From assembly GCA_964016885.1 (NCBI GenBank), contig OZ024745.1, positions 118,482,001 through 118,546,000 on the forward strand: 64,000 bases of DNA, read 5' to 3'. Shown piece after piece: positions 27,505 through 40,992 of this stretch. Each line of letters begins with the position of its first letter. The stretch's first letter is position 1. Below the pieces are notes generated by a model. It was not told the origin of the DNA. It saw only the letters and a program-made list of their open reading frames with translations, and did not search any database. The stretch comes from Eledone cirrhosa (taxonomy: Eukaryota). Position numbers and translations under genes: made by a program.

Positions 27505-27960
27505 CAACATCATCGCCGTCTTCTTCGCCCACTTATTCCTGAGAGGGTCATGGGGGCAGAGTCCTCAATCACTCCCTGCAGTGGGTCCTGTCAAAAACAA
27601 CTGTCTCTGACTGATCCAGCTGGATCCCCAAGCAAGACCTGTCAAGCTCATGAATGTTATCCAACCATCTTGTTTGGGGTCTACCCCTAGGTCTCCTACC
27701 TGTTGGTTTTGCCTGTAAAATCTGTCCAGTGATTCTTTCCTGACACATTCTAACCACATACCCATAGTATTAGAGTTATGATCTCTCAATTCAGAAAAGT
27801 AGCAGCTCTACCTGGAGCGACTCGCTGATTTTCATTTCATCCACTTGTATTCGTGATCATATTCTTTCAGTCATTACCAAAGATTCATGACCATAGGTAA
27901 GGGGTGGCATGAATACCAAATTGAAGATAGCGAGTTTGACTTTTACACCCAGCTCCCTGC
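27505..27960 (-). mobile_element. RTE-like LINE 3' fragment (second subfamily)
   Basis: ERITGQILQAKPTGRRPRGRPQTRWLDNI; homologous to 50110-50440. Confidence 0.82.
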
Positions 27961-28977
27961 TTTTTTAGTGATTGAGAAAACCCTAGGACAATCCTAACCA
28001 GCATACCTATGACCACTCTAGTTTTTATTCAAATATACTGTACCTAGGACTACAATAACCAAGGTTCATTTTTTTTTTCTTTAAAGATGGAAGTGTGCAA
28101 TTTGAGAGATTTCACTGCTATTTCTAGCAGTTCAAGCAATCACCTAGAAGTTTCCTAGATGGATCAATAACTGGCTAAAATAAGAGAATCTAGTTGTTAA
28201 AAAGAAAGCTTGCAAGTTATAGAGCAAGTTAATTAGCATGTTTAAAAGTACAATAAAAAAAATAAGAAATAAATAAGAAAAAAAAGGAAAAATTTGTTTA
28301 TTTTTGCTTGATTTTTTAATTTAATTTTATTTTTATTTTCTATATTCATTCTTCCAAACAAGATTGGCTAAGATGTACTTTTGTTCTTTTGGTAGCAGCT
28401 TTGTTTTTTTACAGTTCTCTTTTTCAACAATTGTCCACTCAAATTATAAATACTCTGTATGCATGAAAATGTATGGCATACAAATTTTTTCCCAATGACT
28501 AATATCTATGTGCAGATAGTATTCTTTAAATGAATATAAATCCCAAAATATCAAGATGAATTTAACATGAGACTCATAGCAAGTAATAAATTTGCATTTT
28601 TAATTTTTAGATCTTGAATATTCATCATCGTTAACATAGCATTAAATTAGCTAAAGGAAATAACTTAAGTGGGCCAATGTAAAAACTACTGATCATTAAT
28701 CAATGAAGGCTTCATTAGACTATACTGCACTGATGAGGACTAATAAAACCAAAACATGTACATAGCTGTTCCATTGTTGCAAATAAAGATCATTTTTTGT
28801 CACCAAATTATTTAAATAAAATGAGCGAAACTGATTCTTGATTTCTTGAAATTATCTCCACTTGTCATTGGGAGTTACTAATGTTCACCACTAGGGTTTT
28901 GGCTTTCTCCAACTAAAAGGGAAATTGCAATTAATTGAGAACTGTCTGTATCTGTCATTCAGTGCATTGCTATTTAA

Positions 28978-29137
28978 CCCTTTTGATATCAACCTGCCCA
29001 AAACCAGCTATGAACAACACCATCCATTTTAAAGTGTTCCTATTTAAATTTAAAATTTCCAACATAATTTTCTATAAGAGCCTTTTATAAACTTTAAATT
29101 CTTCACGTATTACATTAGAAATATGGCAGTGAAAGGG
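28978..29137 (+). mobile_element. TTAA/CCCT MITE (family M2)
   Basis: TTAA|CCCTTTTGAT ... GTGAAAGGG|TTAA; interior related to 29955-30385. Confidence 0.7.
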
Positions 29138-29500
29138 TTAACTTCAGAATATGACAATGAAAGAGTTAACTTCGGAATATGTCAATGAAAGGGTTAACTT
29201 CGGAATATGTCAATGAAAGGGGTAACTTCGGAATATGGCAATGAAAGGGTCAACTTCGGAATATGGCAATAAAGGGGGTAACTTCGGAATATGTCAATCA
29301 AAGGGTTACCTTCAGAATATGGCAATGAAAGGGTTAACTTTGGAATATGACAATGAAAGGGTTAGCTTACAAATATAGTAATGAAAGGGTTAACTTTGGA
29401 ATATGGCAATGAAAGGGTTAACTTATAAATATGGCAAATGAAAGGATTAACTTAGAAATATATCAATGAAAGGTTTGACTTGGAAATATGAAAGGGTTAA
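29118..29500. repeat. 28-bp minisatellite, about 13 copies
   Basis: Unit approximately CTTCGGAATATGGCAATGAAAGGGTTAA. Confidence 0.93.
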
Positions 29501-29573
29501 CTCATGCAGCATTTGGAATACCTGAATCATAGGCCTGTTGGATCAGGGATTAGCTGGACTAAACAAAAGCAAT

Positions 29574-29845
29574 AACTTAAGGAATATTCCCAACCATATA
29601 ACATGCAATCCACCCCAACTTAAGGAGTATGTCCAGTAATATAACATACAATCTACCCCAACTTAAGGAATATTTCCAACCATATAACATACAATCTACC
29701 CCAACTTAAGGAATATTTCCAACCATATAACATACAATCTACCCCAACTTAAGGAATATTTCCAACCATATAACATACAATCTACCCCAACTTAAGGAAT
29801 ATTCCCAACCATATAATATGCAATCCACTCCAACTTAAGGAATTT
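29574..29845. repeat. 43-bp minisatellite, about 6 copies
   Basis: Unit AACTTAAGGAATATTCCCAACCATATAACATGCAATCCACCCC; the first two units start at 29574 and 29617. Confidence 0.95.
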
Positions 29846-29954
29846 TCAAGTAGTCACATTAGCAATAACTCACAAATTCCTATCACTGATAAAAGATGTT
29901 AAATTATGTTCATTACTTTACCATAATTCAGATCGACAGGTTAATATAATATTA

Positions 29955-30385
29955 ACCTGTCTAGTTACCAGCCTGGCCAAAACCAGCTCTGGGTCTATGA
30001 AATAAAGCCACCTATTTTAAAGGATTCCAATTTATATTAAAATCTTTCAACATAATTGGCGGTGGATTGGCAGTATCGATAGAAGGTCGGATGCCATGCT
30101 TTGCAGTTATGTCTCTTAATGGACAGAGTTCAAATCCCACCGAGGTTAACTTTGCCTTTCATCCTTACGGGGTCGATAAAATAAAGTATCAGTAATGTAC
30201 TGGGTAATTGCTGGCTTTATGCCAAAAATAGAAACAATTAAAATCTTTCAACATAATTTTATATAAGAACCTTACATTAAGTTACTTATGAAATAATTAA
30301 TAATTTTAGTAAATCCCTCGAAATTCTTCATTAATTAATTAAAACAAAATGTGTTTCATTAGAAATGCAGTTATGAAAGGGTTAA
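29955..30385 (+). mobile_element. MITE family M2 copy interrupted by a SINE
   Basis: accagcctggccaaaaccagct matches about 28990-29010; ends atgaaagggttaa. Confidence 0.6.
30058..30239 (+). mobile_element. SINE family A with a TSD of about 20 bp
   Basis: attaaaatctttcaacataatt at 30036-30057 and 30237-30258. Confidence 0.92.
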
Positions 30386-30679
30386 CATGGACATTGTCTT
30401 TGACATAACTATTATACTTTACATAACTATTGTCTCATATAAGAGCACTGAGCTGCATGATGGTGGTGATGATGATGACTGTAGTGGTGGCGGTGATGGC
30501 AGTTGTGCTGGTGGTGATGGTGATGGCAGTAGTGGTGATGATGGCGGTGATGATGATGACAGTAGTGGTGGTGATGATGATGGCAGTGATGATGATGACA
30601 GTAGTGGTGGTGATGATGACAATGATGATGATGGTGATGACTGGATCCATCATCGCAGTAGTGAAGAGTTCATCATTCT

Positions 30680-31050
30680 ATAATAATAATAATAATGAAA
30701 TATTGTGTACAGTGCTCAGGTGCACTACAACTCATCAAAAAGTGTATGTATAGTACATAGTGTAATGTACAAACATCAGGAAAATGAACAGTGCATGAGT
30801 CATGATACACACATGTGTGCATGTGTATGGAAGGGGTACATCACGTGTAGTTTTGGCGTATTTCGGGAAGCATGAGTGTCTTAAAAGATGCAGTGTCTCG
30901 GCAGCTAACAACTGACGCAGGCACTTTGTTCCATGCTTCAGCAACTCTGAGCGTGAAAAAATGTCTACGAAAGTCATGGGAGCTGTGCTGTTTTCTGATT
31001 TTGTAGGCATGTCCACGTGTGTTAGACACATGGAGATCAAGATCTATGTT
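30680..31050 (-). mobile_element. CR1-clade LINE 3' fragment
   Basis: NTRGHAYKIRKQHSSHDFRRHFFTLRVAEAWNKVPASVV (CR1 TRGHxxK...FFxxRVxxxWNxLP motif), followed by a 3' UTR and (ATT)n tail. Confidence 0.85.
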
Positions 31051-31244
31051 CATGTACATTGAATGTGGTCCATAGTAGAAGTTGGAATTTAGTAGATAAA
31101 AATAGTTGTATCTATTTTGGTATGAAGAAGAGATGAGATGGTCATAGAATGAAGATATCAGACTGTCATTACTCATAAAATATAAGTAGTTAAAGTAGCG
31201 ATCTAATTGATCAATAACATCCCAGGCCTCACTCACCAGGCTGG

Positions 31245-31430
31245 AACTTGTCTAATCAAACCAAGGAAACAATGTTGCCGTTGGTCTTTCCATTGCTTAT
31301 ACTATCTAACAGTTGCAACTCCTGGCAGAAAGAACAACATGAAATGAAGTGCCTTGCTCAAGGACATAAAACATCGCTAAGCCTTTTCATTGCAAATCCA
31401 ATTCTCTGACCACTAAGCCACATGAATTCG
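31245..31430 (-). mobile_element. Family-B-like SINE variant
   Basis: Reversed head and CORE-like segment. The 3' body is shared with 62660-62755. Confidence 0.65.
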
Positions 31431-31557
31431 CATTAAATCATCAGAAGAGTTGAGATGCTTGTGTTTTTTGGATTACTAGGCAGAACATTCAAACATTATC
31501 CTTTTTATTTTATTTTTAATCAGTATTATACCATACTTGCATCGTTTAGACTTTTAA

Positions 31558-31747
31558 CCCTTTAGCATTTACATTACTCTCATCATCATCATCTTCGTTT
31601 AATGTCCATTTTCCATGCTAGCATGGGTTTATTTACTATTGTATTTTTGCAGTAACTTAACATCAGTATGAGTGGCCAGTTACAGCCAGTTTGAACAGAA
31701 AGAGGTGAGACAACTGGCCAGATACAGCCGGTTTAAATGCTAAAGGG
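31558..31747 (-). mobile_element. piggyBac-type MITE (M1) containing an RTE-tail stub
   Basis: TTAA|CCCTTTAGCATTTACA ... TAAATGCTAAAGGG|TTAA; stub at about 31580-31628. Confidence 0.82.
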
Positions 31748-32693
31748 TTAATACTGTATGTTTGGTTAGTCATAGTTTTAGTAAAGTATTCTGACTTGGT
31801 GCCCTTCTTATCACACCTTACACTTTACAGCATGGACTGGGTGTATTTTATTGTTCTACCAATACTAGAAAGGTTATCTGGAGCCACAATTGATATAACA
31901 GTAAATACCAGATAAATGAGATTCATCATCAGACCAAACACAATCCTTCAGCTGTCTTGGCAAATTTGCTACTGGACCATGGAATATCATTCTGATTAAA
32001 GAGGCACTGGATGATGGCTGGTGGATTTGTGTGTATAGACATGGGCAAATGAAATTTCCTTGGTGTGAAGACACAGCCAAGAGGTTTACATTGCAATCAT
32101 GAAGCTGTGGGTTCAATTCCACTAGAGAGCCACTTATATAATTGAACAAGCCTTGCGAAAGAAATGGGATGAAGGGAAATAGCATGAGAGTTCATTAAAT
32201 GACTTGAACCTATGATTCAAAGGAACTAGCATTGTTACACTTTTTTGCACAGCCTAAGGAGTACATTTAATCCTCTTGGCGCTGTGGGCGACATCAGTTG
32301 CTGATAGAGTAATCTCCCCTTAATACATAATACTGTGTCAAGGAAAGCAATTCATCAAAATAATTCAGCCGCTTAAAGGTTAAGTGTACCAATATCTGTG
32401 AAATATTCTGCCATTTAGACTATAATGCAATACATATATATATATACAGTTTATATATTTTGTTTAACTAGTGTATGGCACAGCCAACTGGCCAGACTTG
32501 TACCATAACATGCATGGCCTCTCTGACCTATGCAACAGACATTAAACGATGATGATGATGATAAATGTGATGTTACTATTATAGTTAAGACTAGTAAGAT
32601 CATTATTCAACTTAGTACTCTATATTGAAGGTACACAGAGTATAAATAACATACAAATTCTTTGCCTGAAGATTAAGCATACACCTTTTCCAA

Positions 32694-32730
32694 ACAGTAC
32701 AAGCTTAACTATTGGGCAAAGAATTCTTAA

Positions 32731-32811
<81 letters not shown>

Positions 32812-32851
32812 GCATTAAGGATCCTTTGCCCAACAGTTAAGCTTGTACTGT
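32694..32851. repeat. Inverted repeat of about 43 bp flanking a (TA)n tract
   Basis: acagtacaagcttaactattgggcaaagaattcttaatgcata pairs with tatgcattaaggatcctttgcccaacagttaagcttgtactgt. Confidence 0.93.
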
Positions 32852-32946
32852 ATATATATATATATATATATCATCATCAGTTTTACGTCAATTTTCCATG
32901 CTAGCATGGGTTAGATGAGTTGTCCTGTTGTGGGCCATGCTAGGTC

Positions 32947-33084
<138 letters not shown>

Positions 33085-33671
33085 GTGTGACAATCAGTAA
33101 TGTTTCAGACGCTAATGCAAAATTTAAATGGAAACTTTACAGCAAACAACACAATACAATGAATTGATTTACAATATAGCAACACACACACACATGGTCT
33201 GATTGTGTGCAAAAATAAAGCCAATAGAAAGAATGAGTCTCAAATATCTGACATTAAAAAAATCCTGGATATTTACCATGTGTTATGTCTCAAGACATTA
33301 GTGACTCTTCATTGTGTTAACTGCTGTTAAACTATATATAGTTTACTTATCTAGTCACAAAATATAGCATATAAATGGTTGGTTTATGAATCGATTGAAG
33401 ACAGGAAAAATACAGTAAACTCATTGTATATATATTACTGACAAATAATAACTATCGTAAAAAGGTATTGGAAAATTAGAAAATGCCACCAGAGTCCTCT
33501 CCCGGGGAGATATAATACCTTGTCTACTATTTAGCAACTGACATGTAAACATCTCAACATAAGAGTCAAGAACCATTAACTCTTGATGCAGTCATAAGGG
33601 CATTGTTCTGAACTCCAAACACAGTGGAGTCATCCATCTCCATATCGGAACATAGCTGATTTCTTCTTCTT

Positions 33672-33818
<147 letters not shown>

Positions 33819-34204
33819 AAGCAATATGATTTAGTTTATCCAAAACAGATATTTGATCACTGAAAGTGCACAATGAGTCAAGAGGTATTTGATGATGCTA
33901 TGATTTGATATCTAAATAAATTAAACACAAATTCATAGTACTGACTACTTGTTGAGTTATGTAATTCCAGTGATTAAACATCTCACTTAGATGAACTAAA
34001 ATTGTATTACTTGAGAGTAGGTGTATTTATACACTACACATTTATATATAAAAATATATATATAGATATATCTTAGGATTGGTGCTCTGATATAGCGATG
34101 TATACATGAATGTATGTATAGTATGTTTAGAAATATACTGTATGTTTAATTAAAAACATTTTGAAGACCATATGCTATCAGTTTTAAAGTAGTGACTACG
34201 TCAC

Positions 34205-35923
34205 TTACTTCTTTTCGCCGAAGAGGAAAGTTTCGGTCCTCAACCCTTTCAGACGTGTCCACCATACAATCTCTTTTACCATGGCCACCAGGCAGATAAA
34301 AACTGCCTGCCCTTCTCGGCTAAAGGAAGGCGGCAGGGTAATCTTCACGATAGACTCAGCTGATAGCCGGATCCATTCTGCACGTGACAGCAGATGTTCG
34401 GCATAAACCCACAAATCACCAATGCTCGGACACTGGACGAGTGCGTGCAGGACGGTTTCATCGCCCTGTGCGCATCTCGGCTGACGGCATTTCCATGCCT
34501 GTAGAGTTTATCCCGAATTGGCAAGGCTCCTCGGTAGCACTGCCAGGCCAGAGATTTCTGGAAGTTGTCCATGGGTCCCAGCCCGAAAGTTCTCCCGAAG
34601 AGATTGGCTAGTTGGTTTTCGTCGATGCCTAGAGTCTCCCCAAGGACGTCGTTGCTCTTTCCTTCCACTAATCCTCTATAGAAAGCCAAGGTGGAGTTTC
34701 CAGCGATTGTATTGCTTGACTGGTCGAGGGCTATAAGTGCCTGAAGATATTCTAGTCTCCAAGCGCTTCCTCTTGGTCTACGCTTGACCCAGGACTGCAG
34801 CTCCGCCAAGGAGACAAGCTCGGGAAACATGTGTCTAGCAAAGGGCGACCACACCTGATCACCATCGAGGAAGAGGTGGAGATGCCATCGCCTGAGTGCA
34901 TGTCTGCGCATCATCAGCCACGGCATGCCCAGCCCTTGGCATAGCGGGTGTTGATATCAGATGGACTACCTGACCATCGGAGCACGTCCCTTCCACAAAA
35001 AGCGAAAGAGCAAACGCTCCAGTGCAGTCAGGCAAGGCTTAGAACAAAGCACGATGGTCAGGCGGTAGTAGATGACGGACGCGATGTACGCATTCGCCAC
35101 CTCCACTCAACCTTTCAGAGATAGCTTCCTCTCGGCCCCTTTCTGCATGAGAGAAAACACCTTGCTCGTGACCTCCTCCTAGTTTTTGTCCGTCTGGAGC
35201 TCCGGACCGAACCAGATCCCTAGCAATTTAACAGGTCCATCCAGCGCCTGACGACGCTGTTGGGCGGCATGGACCTGCCTCTCCAGGTGCCGAGTTGTAG
35301 GCCTACTGATTTTTCCTGGTTGATCATTGCTCCTGTCACTACCTCGTATTCTCTTAGTGTGGTGCCGATTGCCTCAATGTGTTTGGTGTTCGACACCACT
35401 ATGGTGATGTCTGCATAAGCTGACACTGTACTTCCGCATCCTAGTTCACGTGGGATCCCCCTCAATGTCTCCAGTTTGTGCATTAATGGCTCAAGAGTCA
35501 ATACGTACAACAAGGATGAGAGAGGACATCCCTGGCGGATCGAGCGCATGATGTTGAACGGTTCCAAAAGGTGACCGTTCACTCTCACCACAGAGCAGAT
35601 GTCGCTGTGCATGGCAGCAATCTAGCCTCTGAAGACAGGCCCAAAGCCAGCTGCTCTGCTGTTAGGACTGCTGCCAGATAACAATGGTCGACTCTATCGA
35701 AAGCTTTTGACTGATCTAAATTGATCAAAGACCCACCCATGCCAGGTTCCCTAGCTACCCTCTCTACGATGTATCGCATGAGGTGGAGGTTGTCGTGGAT
35801 GGATCTGTATGGAATGGCGCATGTTTGCGCCTCTCCCACCAGACCACCAACAACAAGCGCCAACCTCTTTGCTAGTACCTTAGCCAAAATCTTGAAGTCT
35901 GTGTTTAGCAGAGTTCTGGGCTT
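34205..35923 (-). pseudogene. Tx1/L1-clade LINE ORF2 (RT plus C-terminus), disrupted
   Basis: PRTLLNTDFKILAKVLAKRL, QTCAIPYRSIHDNL, LDQSKAFDRVDH, SIRQGCPLS, SAYADI, WQCYRGALPIRDKL; split by frameshifts and stops. Confidence 0.93.
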
Positions 35924-37700
35924 AGCCTAGAGATCTTCAAGGTGGCAGATAACATCAGACAGTTGTTGAGCAAAAGTATGAAGTCCTGGGAAACAGAGTT
36001 AACATCGGGTGGAGGCATGAAGATCAAGAGAGGTATCTTCCAGGAAGATAATTTGTCCCCTCTGTTGTTTGTCCTTGCCCTGATATCCCTGACCGTTATA
36101 TTGCGAAAAGTGAGAGCAGGATACAAGTTGGGAAAAGGAGAGCTTACCATCAACCACCTCCTCTTCATGGATGATCTTAAACTCTTTGGGAAGAGTGAGA
36201 AGGAGTTGGATGTACTTGTTGACACTGTCTGTATTTTCAGCAATGATATATGTATGGAATTTGGTATTAGTAAGTGTGGAGTCCTAGTGATGAAGAGGGG
36301 TACATTGAACAGAAGCAATGGAATCCAGGTATCAACAGGTGAAATGATAAAGGAAATTGACACTGAAGAAGGATACAAATATTTGTGTGTTCTAGAGGCA
36401 GATGACATCAAGAACAAAAAAATGAAGGAATTGATAAGATCTGAGTACATAAGGAGAATAAGGAGAATAAGGAATAAAGAATAGTAGGAATGTCATAAAT
36501 GCAATAAATTCCTGAGCTGTGTCTATTATTAGGTACAGTGAGGGAATTCTGAAATGGAATGTTTCTGAACAAAAAGAAATGGATAGGAAGACTAGGAAGC
36601 TATTGACTATCTACAACATGTTCCACAAGAGGAGTGATGTCGATAGACTCTACTTAAGGAGATCTGAAGGTGGAAGAGGTCTTATCAGCATAGAGGACTG
36701 TGTTCAGATGGAGAAAAACAACCTACACAAATACGTGACTGACAGTAGGGAGCCAATGTTCAGAATTGTACTGAAGGAGAAGACAAGAGACCAGGGGATG
36801 TCCAAGGAAATAACAACAAGGAGGAAGAGCAACCTTCATGAAAAATTTCTTCATAGTACCTTCTTTAAGAAAACTGAATTTAGAGATCCACAGACATGGA
36901 ACTGGTTAAAAAGAGGAGACCTTAAAAAGGCTACAGAAGGAATGCTAATGGCTGCGCAAAAGCAGGCCCTCAAAACGAAGTGGCTGAAACACCATATTTA
37001 CAAGGAGGAGGCTAACCCACTCTGTAGGATCTGTGGAGAAAGAGAGGGGACTGTAGCTCACATTGTATCCGAGTGTAAACACCTAGCCCAGACTCACTAT
37101 AAAGACTGGAGACATGATGTGATGAGCAGGTGATCCACTGGCACCTATGCAAAGTAAACAATTTACCACATTCTGAGAAGTGGTATGAGCATATGCCAAA
37201 GTCGGTGATAGAAAACGATCAGGTTAAGGTGCTATGGGATTTTAGGATACAGACGGACAAGAAACTGGAACACAATAGGCCTGACCTGGTGGTTTTGGAC
37301 AAGGAAAAAAGATTGTGCCCGATTGTAGATGTAGCCTGCCCATTTGACAGGAGAGTGCAAGAAAAGGAGAGGGAGAAAATTAACCGATACCAGGACTTAA
37401 AGAGGGAGGTAAAAAGGATTTGGAACTGCCATGAAGTCAGAGTCGTTCCGATTGTCATAGGCGCACTAGGTACTATCTCAAAGAGTTTCCAAGGATGGTT
37501 AAAGAAAATTAGTCCAGCCCCGCTTTTTGGAACGCTTCAAAAGGCATGCTTGCTGGGAACAGCAAGAACCCTCCGATACGTCCTGAATATCTGAGGCTGC
37601 AGGTAGTGGCTTGATATTCATTTCAACAAACTTTCCAGTTGAATAACATCAACGACTGAGACTCAAAGATCAATAACAATAATAATAATACAACTAATAA
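35924..37700 (+). pseudogene. R4/Dong-like non-LTR retrotransposon (RT, CCHC, restriction-like endonuclease), 5'-truncated
   Basis: RGIFQEDNLSPLLF, HLLFMDDLKLF, CRICGEREGTVAHIVSEC, RHD, HNRPDLVV..DVACP..EKINRY (PD-(D/E)xK). Three ORF pieces, a short 3' UTR, then AAT repeats. Confidence 0.93.
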
Positions 37701-38240
37701 AGAAAAAATAAATAGATATAGAAATCTGGGTAGATATAGATTGCTGGAGTAATAGAGAGAGAGAGAGAGATGAATAGATAGGTTGTTTTATAGTGAGTGA
37801 AGCAAACAGAATGATAGAATAGAGTGAAAGAGAGAGAGGGAGAGGGTTAATATATAGAAGAAGATGCAATCATAGACAGACACAGTATAAGTTGTAGAAT
37901 CAGAGGTACATGTATGCAGCAGACATGTTTATATAATAGTTATTAGTTTACTTCGCACACCTGTTACTAGTATTCAGGTCACTGGATATCATCGTCATCA
38001 TGGTCGTTGTCATTGCTCTTCTTATAAGCCTTAGTATTTCTGAAGCAGCAGAAATAACAGGTGTACTGCAGATACTGTCTTTGTAGTAAATCAACTGAAG
38101 TACAGAGTTAGAGGTAAACCCCTACACTGAACATTTGGCTACCTAAAGAAAAGGTTACTAGAAGTGGTTGAAGTTACCTATTGGACCTCATTAACAGTGG
38201 TGAGCGTACTGAAAGCCTAATTAACTACGAGACCTCATTA

Positions 38241-38520
38241 GCAGGCAGACAGAGAGAGAAACAGCCAGGCAGACAAAGAGAGAAACAGCCAGGCAGACAA
38301 AGAGAGAAACAGCCAGGCAGACAAAGAGAGAAACAGCCAGGCAGACAAAGAGAGAAACAGCCAGGCAGACAGAGAGAGAAACAGCCAGGCAGACAGAGAG
38401 AGAAACAGCCAGGCAGACAGAGAGAGAAACAGCCAGGCAGACAGAGAGAGAAACAGCCAGGCAGACAGAGAGAGAAACAGCCAGGCAGACAGAGAGACAA
38501 ATACCCAGGCAAGCAGAGAT
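38241..38520. repeat. 24-bp minisatellite, about 11 copies
   Basis: Unit GGCAGACAGAGAGAGAAACAGCCA. Confidence 0.96.
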
Positions 38521-39024
38521 AAAAATGAGAGATTCAGGAGAAAATAAGAGAATCTATTAAAGTTAACTCAATATATTTGTTGGACAATAAAATGTCCATG
38601 TTTTCATGAAAGATTATTTTAGCTTCTCTGGTTATTTTAATTTATTTTAAAGACTTCTTTCAATATTTCCATGGAGAATCATCCATGAACATACAGACAC
38701 TTCTAGGTTATCTATAATTCAGAGAAACTCTCTAAAAAAAAAGATACACAACTAAATGGATATTTATTCTTTGTTGTTCAGTGTTAGGTTAGTTTGAAAC
38801 ACATATGATCAAAGTCATACCAGTTGTGACAATGTGTGTGTGCGCGCGTGCGTACATGCATGCGTATGTGTGTGTCTGTGTGGTAGCAATTCAGGGACCT
38901 GCATTGTTCAATGTATCCTTTGTTATTTATGGTAGTAGGGTTTGATTTGATTGAGACCTGGTTGCTATTTCTAACATGTTAAACAACCACATAATGGCTG
39001 CTTTCTTTATGACATTAAAATTCA

Positions 39025-39345
39025 TCTAAACCAGCCAACTTTGACTTTCCCAGAAAGTAATGGGTGTCCCTTAATCAGATCCACACAACACATGCCAGGA
39101 CAGCCCATCATCTCCATTGATAGAAACTGAAAGACAGCCCAGCATGTAACTGTGGGGACCCTGACCAGACAGTGCTGTATGTAACTGTGGAGACCCTGAC
39201 CAGGCAGTGCTGTATGTTGTTCAGGATTGCCTCCTCAGATGTTTTCCCAGTGGCCTGGAGGTAATCCAAAATACTACAAAAGTCTGGCTCCCCAATCTCG
39301 ATCTGCCTCTCTAACCAATGTACATGACATACAACAAGAAGAATA
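39025..39345 (+). mobile_element. Ingi/Vingi-like LINE 3' fragment
   Basis: PANFDFPRK*WVSLNQIHT...DSPACNCGDPDQTVLY...QDCLLRCFPSG, with an internal tandem duplication of about 35 bp. The clade is assigned from recalled motifs. Confidence 0.6.
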
Positions 39346-39544
39346 TGTTTTAACGACTTATCATTTACACAATACTATTTAGGGTATTGTTTTGGTGTTT
39401 TTGTTATATTTATTGATTACTATATCTATTTGATTAGGTTAGGCTGTGTGAAGATCAATAAGTATTGATTGTAATAATAGCCTTTGTGAGTTAAGTGTAT
39501 TTATCAAAACAGATAAAAATTACCAGTGTCAATGGAAAATGAGT

Positions 39545-39895
39545 TCAATAAGGTATGGTAAGGTATGGTCCAATAACTCCTGATGAAGTTGTATGGGCAC
39601 TGGATTGACAAACGTTTCTTTGATATATTAAAACCTGGTAGGGCCCATCCCTCTTGAGACCTGATTACAGCAGATCTCTTCCAGAGAAGAAAAGAAAGTG
39701 AGAAAGAGAAAATGAGAAAGAGATATAGAGGAAGAATCAACACCAGGACTAGACTGGTACTTTTTTATTGATCTTAAGAGGATGAAAGGCAAAGTTGACT
39801 TTGGCGGGATTTGAACTCAGAGAGCAGAGAGCCGAAATGAATACCACAAAGCATTCTATTCGACCTTCTAATAACTCTGCCAATTCATCTCCTTC
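39545..39895 (-). mobile_element. SINE family A, long-bodied variant
   Basis: Family-A head and core with an extended 3' body; paralogue at 40210-40530. Confidence 0.8.
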
Positions 39896-40209
39896 CAGAT
39901 ATAAGATGTAACAACACTCTGAGCATATGACACACTGAATCATCTGACCAAATAAGGGAAGTAAACAACATCTTACATGATCAATAGACGAGAAAAGAAA
40001 ACAAAATGTTATTTTGTCGGTTTATAAATTCTTCTTATAGTATTTCTTTATTCTTTTCTTTTATTAATTACAGTTTTTAGACTGAAGTTATACTAGTTGT
40101 GATATTATCTTAATATTAGTTTTAGATTAAGAAATATACAGATAAAAGGAAAATAACAGTTTAATCTCTCTCAAATCATCTTAACATTCAACATCCTATA
40201 ATAAGTTGT

Positions 40210-40530
40210 ATGTATGGTCCCATAACTCCTGATAGAATTGTAGGGACACTGTATTGACATACAGCGTTTTGTGAGCATTTTTAAGACTGGCGGAGCTCAT
40301 CCCTCTCCAGGCCTGAGTACAGCAGGTTTCTTCCAGAGAGAGAAAAATGAGAAAGAGATATAGAGGAAGAAGCAACCCCAGTACTAGCCTGATACTTTAT
40401 TTATTGACCTTGAAAGGATGAAAGGCAAAGTTGACTTCGGCGGGATTTGAACTCAGAGAGCAGAGGGTCGGAACGAATACCATAAAGCATTCTATCCGGT
40501 GTTCTAACGACTCTGCCAAATTCACCGCCT
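40210..40530 (-). mobile_element. SINE family A, long-bodied variant
   Basis: Colinear with 39545-39895. Confidence 0.8.
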
Positions 40531-40904
40531 ATATAATGAGTTAGCAGATCTAAAAACAAAACAGGTTTGTTAATTCAAATGTTTATAGTACCTTTATTCA
40601 AGGACAGATAATTTTGAAAATATGTAGTATAAAAGTAAAGATCATTTTAAATGTGATGTCGTCATAGTGCTGTTTTGTACCTTTTAAGGTCTTGTTAATG
40701 CAGTTTCATGTGGTCCAGGGTGTTAACCAACTATAATAATAGCCAATGTGTGTTTATTTTTATATTTGTCTGTTACACACTGAAAGGGAGATGACTGAGG
40801 AAAGGAGGAGGAGGGTGACAAACTATAAAAACAGCGACCAGCATTCTAAGATTTGCTAAACCTGTGTGAGTATATGTGTAACAAAGTAGTTACACACATT
40901 GGCT

Positions 40905-40992
40905 ATTTCATCCTTAAGGGGTCGTTAAAATAAAATACCAGTAATACACTGGGATAATTGCTGGCCTTGTGCTAAAAGTAGAAACAATTATT
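40905..40992 (+). mobile_element. SINE family A 3' fragment
   Basis: ttcatccttaaggggtcg...gtagaaacaattatt. Confidence 0.75.

Noticed and set aside
30387-30753. Asp/Gly-rich or Met/Val-rich ORFs
   Set aside because: Degenerate (GAT/GGT)n low-complexity sequence.
35942-37594. Active retrotransposon or host gene
   Set aside because: 5'-truncated and broken into three pieces by stops and frameshifts.
38181-38522. QPGRQREK repeat protein
   Set aside because: A 24-bp purine-rich minisatellite, open on both strands, with a TTG start and no splice support.
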